Part shown: one piece after another, positions 18,707-29,705 of the stretch | Layout of the letters: every line of letters starts with the position of its first letter | Numbering within the stretch: position 1 is the first letter of the stretch | NCBI GenBank assembly: GCA_963754315.1 | Contig: CAVWFS010000019.1 | Coordinates: 608,001-672,000 of the forward strand | Source of the DNA: an uncultured Candidatus Rokubacteria bacterium | GTDB lineage: Bacteria > Methylomirabilota > Methylomirabilia > Rokubacteriales > CSP1-6 | Reading direction: 5' to 3' | Length of the DNA stretch: 64,000 nucleotides | Translations under genes and position numbers: made by a program | The notes under the pieces: generated by a model | Database searches by the model: none | What the model was told of the DNA's origin: nothing | Seen by the model: only the letters and a program-made list of their open reading frames with translations

Positions 18707-19876
18707 TCACATCACCCGCATCATGATCCGACGGCGCTCAACTAGGAGGAGACCCCCGAGGGCAATCACGGTGAGCGCGGCGGCGGTCGCGAACGCGGCC
18801 CCATAGGAGGCGTGCTCGACGATGGCCGCGATCGAGAGCGATCCGGCAAAGACCCCGAGGTCCCACGCTCCCGAGACCGTGCCCATGGCCACTCCGCGCT
18901 CGCGGTCAGGGACCCGGTCGACCACCAGGGCCACCAGCATCGGATAGAGGGCGGAGCTGCCGGCAGCGAGCAGCACGGCGGCGGCGGCCAGACGGAGCGG
19001 TACAGGCGGCGGGATCAGCACAGCGAAGCCCAGCGCCAGAAGGCCGAGCGCCGGCACCAGGATCTGGCTCCGTCCCCAGCGGTCTGCCCTCGCCGAGACC
19101 GCAATCCGGAAGACGATCATTCCGGCCGAGTAGACGCCGAAGAACAAGGCGAGGTGCCGCTCCTGACCGGAGGCGGTGGCGTGGAGCGGCAGGAACGCGT
19201 AGAGCGCGCTCTGCCCCATGGCCGCGAAGACCAGCACGGCGGACAAGGGCAGTGCGCCGCGGCTCCAGAGCGGGCTCGCACCGAGGGCGGGGGCCACCCT
19301 GCGACCCGCCGCCGCCGTGCCCGGCGAGAAGCCGAAGGCTGCAGCGACCAGGCTTAGCGCAGTCACCATCGCGAAATTGGCGCCGGCGCCGACTTCGCGA
19401 AAAAACCAGAGGCCGAGCGGCGCTGCCACGGCCATCGAGACGGGCGCTGCCAAGTAGTAGACGCTCAGCGCTCGGCCCCGCCGTTCGGGCGGAGCGCTCG
19501 CGGCCAGGACCGCCGCTGCCATCGTCGCCAGCCCGTAGCCCACCCCAAAGCCGGCCATTACCCCGATCAGGATTGAGGGCCCGGTGGCCACCTGGAGCCC
19601 GAGCGAACTCAGCACCATGAGCGTGGCCCCGGGAAGGAGGGCACGGCGGACTCCCTGCCGATCGATCCACGCCCCCGCCGCCGGCCGCAGCACCACTGCC
19701 ACCAGAGAGAACATCGAGAAGAGAAGGCCGACCTGGGTGCTGGTGCCGCCCAGGGCCACCAGGTGGAGCGACAGCACGGGCGTGAGCCCGTAGACGGCGA
19801 GGTGGGACGCAACGCTGATCCCCACCGCCGTCGCCAGCGGCAGGGGGATCGCCTCGACGAGGGCGGCGATTCTCAC
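18707..19876 (-). CDS. MFS transporter
   Basis: About 12 hydrophobic segments; motif A variants GAWIDRQGVR and ARADRWGRSQ; start uncertain. Confidence 0.88.
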   Translation of the reverse strand: MRIAALVEAIPLPLATAVGISVASHLAVYGLTPVLSLHLVALGGTSTQVGLLFSMFSLVAVVLRPAAGAWIDRQGVRRALLPGATLMVLSSLGLQVATGPSILIGVMAGFGVGYGLATMAAAVLAASAPPERRGRALSVYYLAAPVSMAVAAPLGLWFFREVGAGANFAMVTALSLVAAAFGFSPGTAAAGRRVAPALGASPLWSRGALPLSAVLVFAAMGQSALYAFLPLHATASGQERHLALFFGVYSAGMIVFRIAVSARADRWGRSQILVPALGLLALGFAVLIPPPVPLRLAAAAVLLAAGSSALYPMLVALVVDRVPDRERGVAMGTVSGAWDLGVFAGSLSIAAIVEHASYGAAFATAAALTVIALGGLLLVERRRIMMRVM

Positions 19877-19904
19877 GCGCCCGCGCGGGCGGCTGGAACG
19901 AACG

Positions 19905-20174
19905 TCACTGGAGCTTATAGATCGCGATTCCAGCGAGTCGCGGCGAAGGCAGGCCGATATCGACGGAATGGAGCCCTTCCGCCCATGGGTACCCGTCACC
20001 CTCGCCTTTGACGACGCGACCGTCCGTGGGCCTGGGCCAGGCGCGCAACGAACTGCCGATGCTCGTGTGCTCGGTGTGCAGGGTGTGCAGGTCGACCTCG
20101 GGAAGCATCCAGAACCGCGCCGTGGAATCGCGGATGTCGGTCTTCATGATGGCCGTGGTCCGCAGAGTGGTCAT
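19905..20174 (-). CDS. Hypothetical protein or fragment
   Basis: GC-rich third positions over most of the ORF; no recognisable motif. Confidence 0.35.
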   Translation of the reverse strand: MTTLRTTAIMKTDIRDSTARFWMLPEVDLHTLHTEHTSIGSSLRAWPRPTDGRVVKGEGDGYPWAEGLHSVDIGLPSPRLAGIAIYKLQ

Positions 20175-20325
20175 TGATGACTCGGTGCGCCTACCCTACG
20201 GCGGAGGGACCCCGATGAGCAAGGGTCCGCTACGTCGTGACCAACGCGAGGTCCGTGAGGTTGCGATCTTCGTGTCCTAAAACCTGTCCGCGGTCATCCA
20301 CCCTGGTGCCGCCCGCGTGGTGTAA

Positions 20326-21402
<1,077 letters not shown>

Positions 21403-21410
21403 CCGCGCGC

Positions 21411-21905
21411 ATGCTCGGGCGGGCCTACCGGGGGCTGCTCCATGCCGAGGCGGTGGCGGCGGCACTCATCTTGGGCCTTCTCGCCCTGCTCGTCACCGGC
21501 GATGTGCTCGCGCGCAATCTGGGTCTCGGCACCTTGCCCTGGATCCTCGAGGTGTCCGAGTACGGCCTGCCGCTGGCGACCTTCCTGGTGGCGCCGTGGC
21601 TCCTGCACCGGAACGAGCACGTGAGGCTCGACGTGCTGCTCACATCTCTGCCGCACGGGGTCGCCCGCGCCCTCGACCGCTTCTCCGACGCGGTGGGCCT
21701 GGCTGTCTCCGCCATCTTCGTCGTCTACGGCGCGCGGGCGGTCGCCAGCTCGGCGCAGCAAGGCGCGCTGGTCATCAAGTCCGTGGTGTTCCCGGAGTGG
21801 TGGCTCTACGCCCCGGTGCCGATCTGCTTCGCCTTCCTCGCCGTCGAGTTCGTGCGCCGCTTCCTCGGCTGGGGCGCGCTCGAAGGCAGCGGCCCGCACG
21901 CCTGA
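21411..21905 (+). CDS. dctQ: TRAP small permease (DctQ family)
   Basis: Four TM segments; DVLARN, EHVRLDVL. Confidence 0.88.
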   Translation: MLGRAYRGLLHAEAVAAALILGLLALLVTGDVLARNLGLGTLPWILEVSEYGLPLATFLVAPWLLHRNEHVRLDVLLTSLPHGVARALDRFSDAVGLAVSAIFVVYGARAVASSAQQGALVIKSVVFPEWWLYAPVPICFAFLAVEFVRRFLGWGALEGSGPHA

Positions 21906-21929
21906 GCGCGGGCCCCCCCGACCTTTCTC

Positions 21930-23249
21930 ATGGTCTGGTGGCTCGCGGCGACCGTCCTCTTCGGTATTCTGTCGGGGCTACTCGCGGTCGGATTGCCCGC
22001 CGCCTTCGCCTTCCTCGGCATCAACGTGGTGGGGGCCTGGGTGTGGCTCGGCAAGGACGCCGGGCTCGTCCAGATGATTCGGAACGGGGTGGCTTCCATC
22101 GCGAGCTTCTCCCTCACGCCCATCCCGTTCTTCGTGCTCATGGGCGAGGTGCTCTTCCATACCGGCGTGGCCATGAAGGCCATCGACGCCATCGACCGGC
22201 TCATCGCGCGCGTGCCCGGCCGCCTGTCGGTGGTAGCAGTGGTGGCCGGCACCGTGTTCTCGGCCATCTCGGGCTCCACCATCGCGACGACGGCGTTGCT
22301 GGGCAGTCTCATGCTTCCCGAGATGCTCCGCCGGGGCTATCAGCCAGGCATGGCCATGGGCCCCATCATGGCCATCGGGGGCGTGGACATGTTGATCCCG
22401 CCCTCCGCGCTCACCGTGCTGTTGGGCAGCCTGGCCGGTATCTCCATCTCGCGCTTGCTGCTCGCCGGCATCGTCCCCGGGGTGCTCCTCGCCGTGGCCT
22501 TCGTGGGCTATATCGTTGTTCGCGCCACCTTGGATCCGCGCCTGGCACCGGTGTTCGAGCAGGCTCCGGTGCACGGCTGGGGCCGCTGGCGGCCCCTCGC
22601 CGTCTACGTGCTGCCCCTGGTGCTGATCTTCGTGGTCGTCATCCTGGCCATGGCGGCGGGCTGGGCCACCCCCACTGAGTCCGCCGCACTGGGGGCCGTC
22701 GCCACCGTGCTCGTGGCCGCACTCTACCGCGCGCTGACGTGGGATGGGCTCATGAAGGCCCTTCTCGGGACGGCGGGCATCTCGGGAGTCATCCTTTTCA
22801 TCATCGTAGGCGCGACGACATTTTCCCAGATCCTGACATTCTCGGGGGCGACCAACGGCCTGGTGACGGCCGTGCAGGAGGCGAGGTTCGGCCCGGCGGT
22901 CGTGCTCGCGGTCATGATGCTCATCCTGCTCGTGCTGGGCTGCTTCATCGACCAGGTCAGCATGATGCTGATCACCTTGCCCTTCTTCATGCCGCTCGTG
23001 CAGCTCTACGGCTTCGACCCGGTGTGGTTCGGCGTCCTGTTCCTCATCTGCATGCAGCTCGGCCTCCTGACCCCACCCTTCGGCATGCTCCTTTTCACCA
23101 TGAAAAGCGTGGCCCCCCGCGCCATCACCATGAGTCAGATCTTCGGGGCGGTGACGCCCTACGTGCTGCTGGGGCTTCTCATGCTGGCGCTGGTGGCAGC
23201 GTTCCCGCCCCTCGCCACGTGGCTTCCGGCGGTGCTCATGGGGAAGTGA
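21930..23249 (+). CDS. dctM: TRAP large permease (DctM family)
   Basis: IPFFVLMGE, FSAISGS, LIPPS, GLLTPPFG. Confidence 0.92.
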   Translation: MVWWLAATVLFGILSGLLAVGLPAAFAFLGINVVGAWVWLGKDAGLVQMIRNGVASIASFSLTPIPFFVLMGEVLFHTGVAMKAIDAIDRLIARVPGRLSVVAVVAGTVFSAISGSTIATTALLGSLMLPEMLRRGYQPGMAMGPIMAIGGVDMLIPPSALTVLLGSLAGISISRLLLAGIVPGVLLAVAFVGYIVVRATLDPRLAPVFEQAPVHGWGRWRPLAVYVLPLVLIFVVVILAMAAGWATPTESAALGAVATVLVAALYRALTWDGLMKALLGTAGISGVILFIIVGATTFSQILTFSGATNGLVTAVQEARFGPAVVLAVMMLILLVLGCFIDQVSMMLITLPFFMPLVQLYGFDPVWFGVLFLICMQLGLLTPPFGMLLFTMKSVAPRAITMSQIFGAVTPYVLLGLLMLALVAAFPPLATWLPAVLMGK

Positions 23250-23463
23250 AGAGCATCGGCAGCGCGCGGACGATCTCGGCGGCCACAGCAAGGTGCCCGC
23301 GGCCGATATCGGCGCGATCAGAACCACCTTCATGCCGCGGTGATTCCTTCCGGCCAGCTGGGACGTTCAAGGCGCCACGATGCACGTGCTAAGGTGAGCC
23401 CGAGTATCAGACATGGCCAAGGGCGGGCGCGGACGACACGACGATCCGACACTCCCCGCGGGT

Positions 23464-23874
23464 ATGCCCGGGGAGCCACACGACAGCGTGGCCAGGTCGC
23501 TGCTCGAGGCGCGCGTCGCGGGGCTGGTCGCGCTCTATCGGTTCGGATCTTCCGTCGAGGGCGGCTTGCGCCCGGACAGCGATCTCGACTATGCCGTCCT
23601 CGCGCGTAACCGCCTAGATCCCGTTCAGCGGTTCGAGATCCAGGAGGATCTCGCGTCTTGTCTGCGGCGTCCCGTGGACCTCGTCGATCTTCGGAGCGCG
23701 TCGACCGTGCTGCGGGCGCAGGTGATCTCGCGTGGAGTCGCCCTCGTTGTCCGCGATCCGGCGGAGGCGGAGCGCTTCGAGATAGCGGCCTATGCCGCCT
23801 ACGCGCGGCTCAACGAGGAGCGGCGCGAGATCCTGGCCCAGATCGCTCGCGAAGGGACGGTCTATGGTCGATGA
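23464..23874 (+). CDS. Minimal nucleotidyltransferase (MntA-like antitoxin); start uncertain (23413, 23464 or 23488)
   Basis: FGS-x10-DLD, PVDLVDL, LNEERREIL. Confidence 0.88.
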   Translation: MPGEPHDSVARSLLEARVAGLVALYRFGSSVEGGLRPDSDLDYAVLARNRLDPVQRFEIQEDLASCLRRPVDLVDLRSASTVLRAQVISRGVALVVRDPAEAERFEIAAYAAYARLNEERREILAQIAREGTVYGR

Positions 23875-24283
23875 CGTCATCCTCAACAAGGTGGCCATCG
23901 TGGAGCGGTGCCTGGCCCGCATCCAGGAGGAATACGCGGGCGACGAGCGCAATCTCCGCGCGAACCTCACCCGGCAGGACTCGATCATCCTCAACCTGCA
24001 GCGCGCTTGCGAGGCGGCGATCGACCTGGCCATGGCGCTCGTGAATGCTCGGCGTCTCGGGCTGCCCCAGGAGAGCCGCCACGCGTTCGAATTGCTGCGC
24101 GATGCGGGCCTGCTCGATGGGGAGCTGGCCGCGCGCATGGCCAGAATGGTCGGATTCCGCAACGTGGCTGTGCACGACTATCAGCGCCTGAACCTCGATG
24201 TTGTCAAATCCATCGTCACGGAGCGCCTCGGCGACTTCCAGGACTTTGCCCGGCGTGCCCTGGAGATCTCCAGGGCGAGATGA
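23864..24283 (+). CDS. HEPN/DUF86 ribonuclease toxin (HepT-like)
   Basis: MVDDVILNK, LNLQRACEAAIDLA, Rx4H motif RNVAVHDY; overlaps the MNT gene. Confidence 0.9.
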   Translation: MVDDVILNKVAIVERCLARIQEEYAGDERNLRANLTRQDSIILNLQRACEAAIDLAMALVNARRLGLPQESRHAFELLRDAGLLDGELAARMARMVGFRNVAVHDYQRLNLDVVKSIVTERLGDFQDFARRALEISRAR

Positions 24284-24412
24284 AAGGGCTGGGGCTCGCC
24301 TTCAGCATCCCCCTTCTCCTCGATAAGCTCGTCAGGGCGCGCGCGATGCTCTGACCGTGCTGGGAGGCCGCAGGCTCTTCGAGGAGCGCAGACGCCTCGT
24401 GGATCCACCGAC

Positions 24413-24468
24413 GTGGTCAAAATTCTCCACGGAACCAAGCCCGGCGATCTCCCCGTCGAGGAACCGCA
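24413..24468 (+). pseudogene. Fragment of an ABC_sub_bind (putative Trp/Tyr) substrate-binding protein C-terminus
   Basis: VVKILHGTKPGDLPVEEP resembles the conserved VDKILKGAKPADLPVEQP motif. Confidence 0.55.
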
Positions 24469-24893
24469 GATTCATTCGACCGCACTCATAGGCGCTACCG
24501 CACGAACACCTTGGCGACGCGTACCAGATGCCCGCGGACGAACGCCTCCCCGCCTATTCAAGGCGTGTAGCCGGAGCACGGCCCCGGCTACGCACCTCGG
24601 AGGCGCGACGGATCGCTTCGTCCACTTCTGTCTCGGGGGCGACGAGGGGACGGCAACGGTGGCTTCGGCTAGAGTCCGCGGCTGTTGGCAGGCTTCTCAG
24701 CCTCTACTCACTTGCCCGGCACACGCACGCGCATACAGCTGCCGGCTTTCTCCACTTGGCCACCGCCATAGTCGCAGTTGACCCTCACAGTGTTGTCACC
24801 GTCTTCGCAAATAGCTCCCCTGGGCGACTCCCTCACTGGTAGGCGCCTGTCATTCCTCGTGCCCTTTGAGGCTCTCCAGACGTTGCCGTTGGC

Positions 24894-25455
24894 CTACTCG
24901 ACATCGGTTGTTGTCGTCACCAATTCCGATTCCTGGGAGATGGCCCGCAATTAGGTAGGTGGCGAGAGAGCTTTCCCCCAGCCTGTGGGCTGGCCAGTGC
25001 CCGGGAGGATCACCGTGAAGAATGTATTTGCCGTCTGCCCGCGGCCACCTTGCAGACCACAAATTGAACGGGGCCGAATTGCGGCGCCATGGGCGGGCCT
25101 TGGGCCGGCGGGGGATCGGTTGGCGGGGGATCGGTTGTTGCCGCCACCGATTCCGGTTCCGGGAACGGCCCGCAATCAGGTAGTGGACGAGAGCGCTTTC
25201 CCCCAGCCTGTGGATTGGCCAGTGCCCGGGAGGATCACGGTGAAGAAGGTATCTTGCCCGGCGTCCTCACCAGCGTCTACCTTGCAGACCACAAATTGAA
25301 CGGGGCCGAATTGCGGCACCGGGGGCGGCGGCGTCGGGCTCCTCTGCGTACCCGGATTCAATCAACGCCCCGCTGATGAGGCCTGCGAACACCAGGGCCA
25401 CCATTGGCGCCAGTAATGACCAACAAATATTGCGCCTGCGAACACGAGTCTTCAT
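24894..25455 (-). pseudogene. Frame-disrupted secreted protein with two tandem copies of a novel unit
   Basis: GAGAGGG RBS with ATG at 25455, signal-like N-terminus; unit PQFGPVQFVVCKV..TFFTVILPGTGQxTGWGKALS occurs twice. Confidence 0.55.
24903..25320. repeat. Two diverged direct repeats of about 190 bp (24903-25088, 25130-25320) plus a 15-bp tandem (25107-25136)
   Basis: Shared blocks such as ACCTTGCAGACCACAAATTGAACGGGGCCGAATTGCGGC and TGGCCAGTGCCCGGGAGGATCAC. Confidence 0.95.
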
Positions 25456-26083
25456 TGTTTCCCTCTCTATTTTCGTTCGAGTCTGCAGACAGTGGTGCAC
25501 GCTGCTACGTCCAGGGCGTTCTCAGAATATCCGTGGCCGTCTGGGCTATCCTCAGAGTACGCGAGTGCAGGGCGGACCGCGCACTCGACTTCCTTTGAGC
25601 GACACGTATTCGTGCGGGGGATAGGATGACATCCAACGGCGAAGAAGATTGACCTCGGAAGGGCTGGCCCAAACAAATGATCGTTTGACAGAGACGCTTC
25701 AAAGACCACACATGAATACAATAGCCGTGCGGCCCCGTCCGCCCGCCAAAGATAATTGCTCCAACCTCTGCACTGTGCCAACCGCGATCGCGAAAGTTGG
25801 TACCCCAAACACGCGACGAGCATAAACGTGACGGCAACACCTAATTCGGATGTCTCCAAAAAGCTCATAGCATATGCTGTTTCGTCGCTGGCATAGAGGC
25901 TGCACAGCGGTGTCCCGGAGCACCGCTCGGACTATTTTTTCACCTTCGCCCACAACTGGGATTCGTCACCCACCGGGCACGTCACATTCTGCGCACGACC
26001 GACGGCGGCAAACATGGCAGCCCGTGTACCGATGCAGGATCACGCCGGAAATTCGCGGGCTCACTCGCGACGCCGAGTGTTAC

Positions 26084-26190
26084 ATGGACCAAGTCCATTT
26101 CCCCACCGCGACCGTAGGCTACGCGATCGGCGGCCCCCTGCCAGAGAAGTCGGGCAACGTCCTGTTACGCGTGAAGGATGGAAAGGCGGC
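26084..26190 (+). pseudogene. Possible YCF48/BNR-like beta-propeller blade remnant
   Basis: MDQVHFPTATVGYAIGG resembles the VxFxxxxxGWAVG blade pattern. Confidence 0.35.
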
Positions 26191-26452
26191 AAGAGCTGGG
26201 TGTCGCGGAGACATCGCCTTCCCCTGGTCGCCATTCATCGTTGCCGGCGCGGGACCGCGGCTACGCTGCCGGCAACCACGGTATGGTCTATCGCTACCGC
26301 GTCGTTCCCATCGACTGACACATCAAAGGGCATGATCGCCGCACCGTCGATTGCAGCGGCTAGGTAGTCGGCGAGAGGGTCTCGGCGATCCGCCTCGGTG
26401 AGCGGCGGTGGCCCAGCCGGGCGCGGTCGCCGGCGATGCTAGACTCTTCGGC

Positions 26453-27640
26453 GTGAGCCTGCCGCTCGAGGGCACGGTGGTGGTCGACCTCACCCAGAAC
26501 GTGGCGGGGCCGTTTTGCACCCAGATCCTGGGTGACATGGGGGCCGAGGTCATCAAGATCGAGCGGCCCGGTCGCGGCGACGATGCGCGCGCGTGGGCTC
26601 CTCCCTACTGGGGGGATGAGAGCGCGGTTTTCATGGCCTTCAACCGCAACAAGCGCAGTCTCTCCCTCGACCTCAAGCGCGATGGGGGCCTGGACGTGCT
26701 CCGGCGGCTGGTCGGCCGCGCCGACGTCTTCGTACAGAGCCTGCGGGCGGGTGCCATCGAAGAGCTCGGACTCGATTTCGCCGGGGCCACCGCCGCCAAT
26801 CCCCGCCTTGTGTACTGCGCCATCACCGCCTTCGGGACCGAGGGACCGTTGCGAGATCTGCCGGGCTACGATCCGCTCATGCAGGCGTATGGCGGGCTCA
26901 TGTCCGTGAACGGCCACCCCGGGCACGAGCCGGCCCGGGTAGGAACTTCCATCGTCGATATGGGGACCGGCATGTGGGCCGCCCTCGGCATCGTGGCGGC
27001 CCTCCGCGAGCGCGATGCGACGGGACGCGCGGTCGAGGTCACCACCGCCCTGTTCGAGACCGCCCTCATGTGGGTGTCGTATCACGCCATGGGATATCTC
27101 GGCACCAACGAGGTCCCGCAGCCTCAGGGCTCCGGCACGGCCATGATCGCGCCCTATCAGGCTTTTCCAACAGCCGACGGCTACGCGATGATCGCCGCCG
27201 GCTCCGACTCGCTTTTCGTGCGCCTCGCCGAGGCCCTGGGGGCACCGGAGCTGGCCACCGATCTTCGGTTCAAGGACAATCCCTCACGCGTTCGGCACCG
27301 CCCCGCCCTGGTGGAGGCACTGTCGGTCTTAACGCGGCGGTGGTCGTCAGCCCAGATCGTCGACACCTTGCGGGCCGCGGGAGTACCCAGCGCTCCCATT
27401 CTCACGGTGGACGCCGCCCTCGCCGAGCCGCAAACGAAGGCGATCGGCATGCTGGTGGGGGCGCCCCATCCTCGCCTTCCCGACTATGCGAGCCTCGGCT
27501 TGCCGATCCGTTGGAACGGGGAGCGGCCGCACGTACGACGCGTTCCACCGCGGCTCGGCGAGCACTCCACCGATGTCCTCACCTGGCTCGGCTACACCCT
27601 CGACGACGTGCGCGCTCTCCGCCGCCAGGGAATCATCTGA
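26453..27640 (+). CDS. CoA-transferase family III (CaiB/BaiF)
   Basis: AGPFCTQILGDMGAEVIKIERPGRGD, NRNKRS, PGYD, PRLGEHS. Confidence 0.92.
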   Translation: MSLPLEGTVVVDLTQNVAGPFCTQILGDMGAEVIKIERPGRGDDARAWAPPYWGDESAVFMAFNRNKRSLSLDLKRDGGLDVLRRLVGRADVFVQSLRAGAIEELGLDFAGATAANPRLVYCAITAFGTEGPLRDLPGYDPLMQAYGGLMSVNGHPGHEPARVGTSIVDMGTGMWAALGIVAALRERDATGRAVEVTTALFETALMWVSYHAMGYLGTNEVPQPQGSGTAMIAPYQAFPTADGYAMIAAGSDSLFVRLAEALGAPELATDLRFKDNPSRVRHRPALVEALSVLTRRWSSAQIVDTLRAAGVPSAPILTVDAALAEPQTKAIGMLVGAPHPRLPDYASLGLPIRWNGERPHVRRVPPRLGEHSTDVLTWLGYTLDDVRALRRQGII

Positions 27641-28425
27641 TGTACCGGACCTTGCTGGCGGACCGTACCGCGAACGGCCACATCGTCACCGTGACCTTGA
27701 ATCGCCCGGATCTGATGAACGCCATGAACACGGCGATGGGTGAGGATCTGCGAGTGTGCTTCGGGGCGCTCCACGGTGACGCAGACGTGCGCGCCGTGAT
27801 CTTCACGGGCGCCGGGGACCGCGCCTTCTGTGCCGGCGGCGATCTGAAGGAACGCAACGACATGACGGACGCCGCCTGGCGAGCCCAGCACGTCATATTC
27901 GAGCAAGCCGCCTTCGCCGTGCTCGCCTGCCCGGTACCGGTCATTGCGGCCGTGGAAGGCTTCGCCCTGGCCGGCGGCTGCGAGCTGGCCCTGCTGTCCG
28001 ACTTCATCGTGGCCGGGGAGACGGCGGTCTTCGGTCTCCCCGAGACGACCCTCGGAATCTTTCCGGGCATCGGCGGCACCCAGCTCCTGCCCCGCGTGCT
28101 TGGCGCGCCCCTGGCCAAGGAGCTGATCTTCACCGGTCGCCGCATGAAGGTGGACGAGGCCAAGGCGGCGGGGCTCGTCAATCACGTGGTGCCCGCCGGG
28201 CAGGCGCGAACGAAGGCGATGGAGATCGCTCGTGCGGTGGCGGCCAACGGCCCCGTCGCCGTTCGGCAAGCCAAGAAGGCCATCATGGCGGGACTCGACC
28301 GCGACCTCGAGTCGGCCATCAACCTTGCCATCGAGGCCTACAATGTAACGGTCGAGACGGAGGACCGGCTGGAAGGCGTCAGGGCCTTCAACGAGAAGCG
28401 CAAACCCGAGTTCAGAGGACGGTAG
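27640..28425 (+). CDS. Enoyl-CoA hydratase/isomerase
   Basis: AFCAGGDLKE, ALAGGCELAL, FGLPETTLG. Confidence 0.92.
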   Translation: MYRTLLADRTANGHIVTVTLNRPDLMNAMNTAMGEDLRVCFGALHGDADVRAVIFTGAGDRAFCAGGDLKERNDMTDAAWRAQHVIFEQAAFAVLACPVPVIAAVEGFALAGGCELALLSDFIVAGETAVFGLPETTLGIFPGIGGTQLLPRVLGAPLAKELIFTGRRMKVDEAKAAGLVNHVVPAGQARTKAMEIARAVAANGPVAVRQAKKAIMAGLDRDLESAINLAIEAYNVTVETEDRLEGVRAFNEKRKPEFRGR

Positions 28426-28429
28426 ACCC

Positions 28430-29596
28430 ATGGCGGAGATACCCCTGACCCCTACCGACGAGCAGCGCGCGCTGCGCGCTGGTGTGGCGGACATCTGCAA
28501 GAAGTACCCCGGCGAGTACTGGCGCGAGCTCGATGCCAAGCGCGAGTATCCCGATGCCTTCGTCAACGAGCTGACCCAGGCCGGATACCTGGGCGCGTTG
28601 ATTCCTCCGGAGTATGGCGGAGCCGGACTTCCCATCGCCGATGGCGCTCTCATCCTGGAGACCATCCACGAGCACGGGGGAAACGCCGCGGCCTGCCACG
28701 CCCAGATGTACATCATGGGCACCGTCTTGCGCCACGGCAGCGAGGGGCAGAAACGTCAGTATCTGCCCAAGATCGCCACGGGCGAGCTGCGCTTGCAGGC
28801 CTTCGCGGTCACCGAACCCAACGCGGGCTCCGACACCACCAAGCTGCAGACCACCGCGGTGCGCCGGGGGGATCGCTACGTCGTCAACGGCCGGAAGATC
28901 TTCATCTCGCGCGCGCTGCAGTCGGATCTGATGTTGCTGCTCGCCCGCACCACGCCCGTCGATCAGGTCAAGCGGCGCACGGAGGGTCTGTCCGTGTTCC
29001 TCATCGACATCCGGGGCATCAAAGGCCTGGAGATCCGTCCGCTCCGCATGATGATGAACCACTCCACCAACGCCCTCTTCTTCGACGACATGGAGATTCC
29101 TGCCGACAGCCTCATCGGCGAGGAGGGCAAGGGGTTTGCCTACATCCTCGACGGCATGAACGCCGAGCGTATCCTGGTGGCCTCAGAGTCCATCGGCGAC
29201 GGCCGCTGGTTCGTGGACAGAGCGGTCACGTACGTGAGCCAGCGCGTGCTCTTCGGCCGACCCATCGGTGCCAACCAAGGGGTGCAGTTCCCCATCGCCA
29301 AAGCGCACATGGCAGTGGAGGCGGCCGCCCTCATGCGGAACAAGGCGGCTGCCCTCTTCGACGCCGGCGAGCCGGCGGGGCCGGAAGCCAACATGGCCAA
29401 GTACCTGGCGGCGGAGGCGGCCTGGGAGGCGGGCAATGCCTGCATCGACTGCCACGGCGGCTACGGCTATGCCGAGGAGTACGACGTGGAGCGCAAGTTC
29501 CGCGAGTGTCGCCTCTACAAGACGGCGCCGGTCAACCAGAACCTGGTCATGGCCTACGTGGGCGAGCACGTCCTCGGCATGCCACGGTCGTATTGA
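28430..29596 (+). CDS. Acyl-CoA dehydrogenase
   Basis: TEPNAGSD, NGRKIFIS, FGRPIGANQGVQF, HGGYGYAEEY. Confidence 0.93.
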   Translation: MAEIPLTPTDEQRALRAGVADICKKYPGEYWRELDAKREYPDAFVNELTQAGYLGALIPPEYGGAGLPIADGALILETIHEHGGNAAACHAQMYIMGTVLRHGSEGQKRQYLPKIATGELRLQAFAVTEPNAGSDTTKLQTTAVRRGDRYVVNGRKIFISRALQSDLMLLLARTTPVDQVKRRTEGLSVFLIDIRGIKGLEIRPLRMMMNHSTNALFFDDMEIPADSLIGEEGKGFAYILDGMNAERILVASESIGDGRWFVDRAVTYVSQRVLFGRPIGANQGVQFPIAKAHMAVEAAALMRNKAAALFDAGEPAGPEANMAKYLAAEAAWEAGNACIDCHGGYGYAEEYDVERKFRECRLYKTAPVNQNLVMAYVGEHVLGMPRSY

Positions 29597-29627
29597 GAAC
29601 GCCCCGGAACCCGTACGCGGAGCGAGG

Positions 29628-29703
29628 TCGAGGGGCGCCCTGGGTCCCCCGGGGCGCCCCGAGCGTATGGGGGGCTTGGGGGGCCATTTCGGGGCCCGCC
29701 CAT
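29628..29703. repeat. REP-like palindromic intergenic element between convergent genes
   Basis: 13-bp GC stem at 29632-29660 plus an ATGGG...CCCAT-bounded second hairpin; partial second copy at 34872-34904. Confidence 0.6.
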
Positions 29704-29705
29704 GA

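Noticed and set aside
25176..25178. A third selenocysteine codon (ORFs 25176-25361 and 24951-25175 are in frame)
   Set aside because: The paralogous position is TAA, there is no redox motif, and no convincing hairpin was seen
24903..25320. DGR template/variable repeat pair or CRISPR array
   Set aside because: Differences are not adenine-specific, there is no reverse transcriptase or cas gene, and there are only two long units
29554..29705. C-terminal extension of the acyl-CoA synthetase overlapping the convergent gene
   Set aside because: It is read-through into the palindromic element; removing one T restores a TGA after SVKTA
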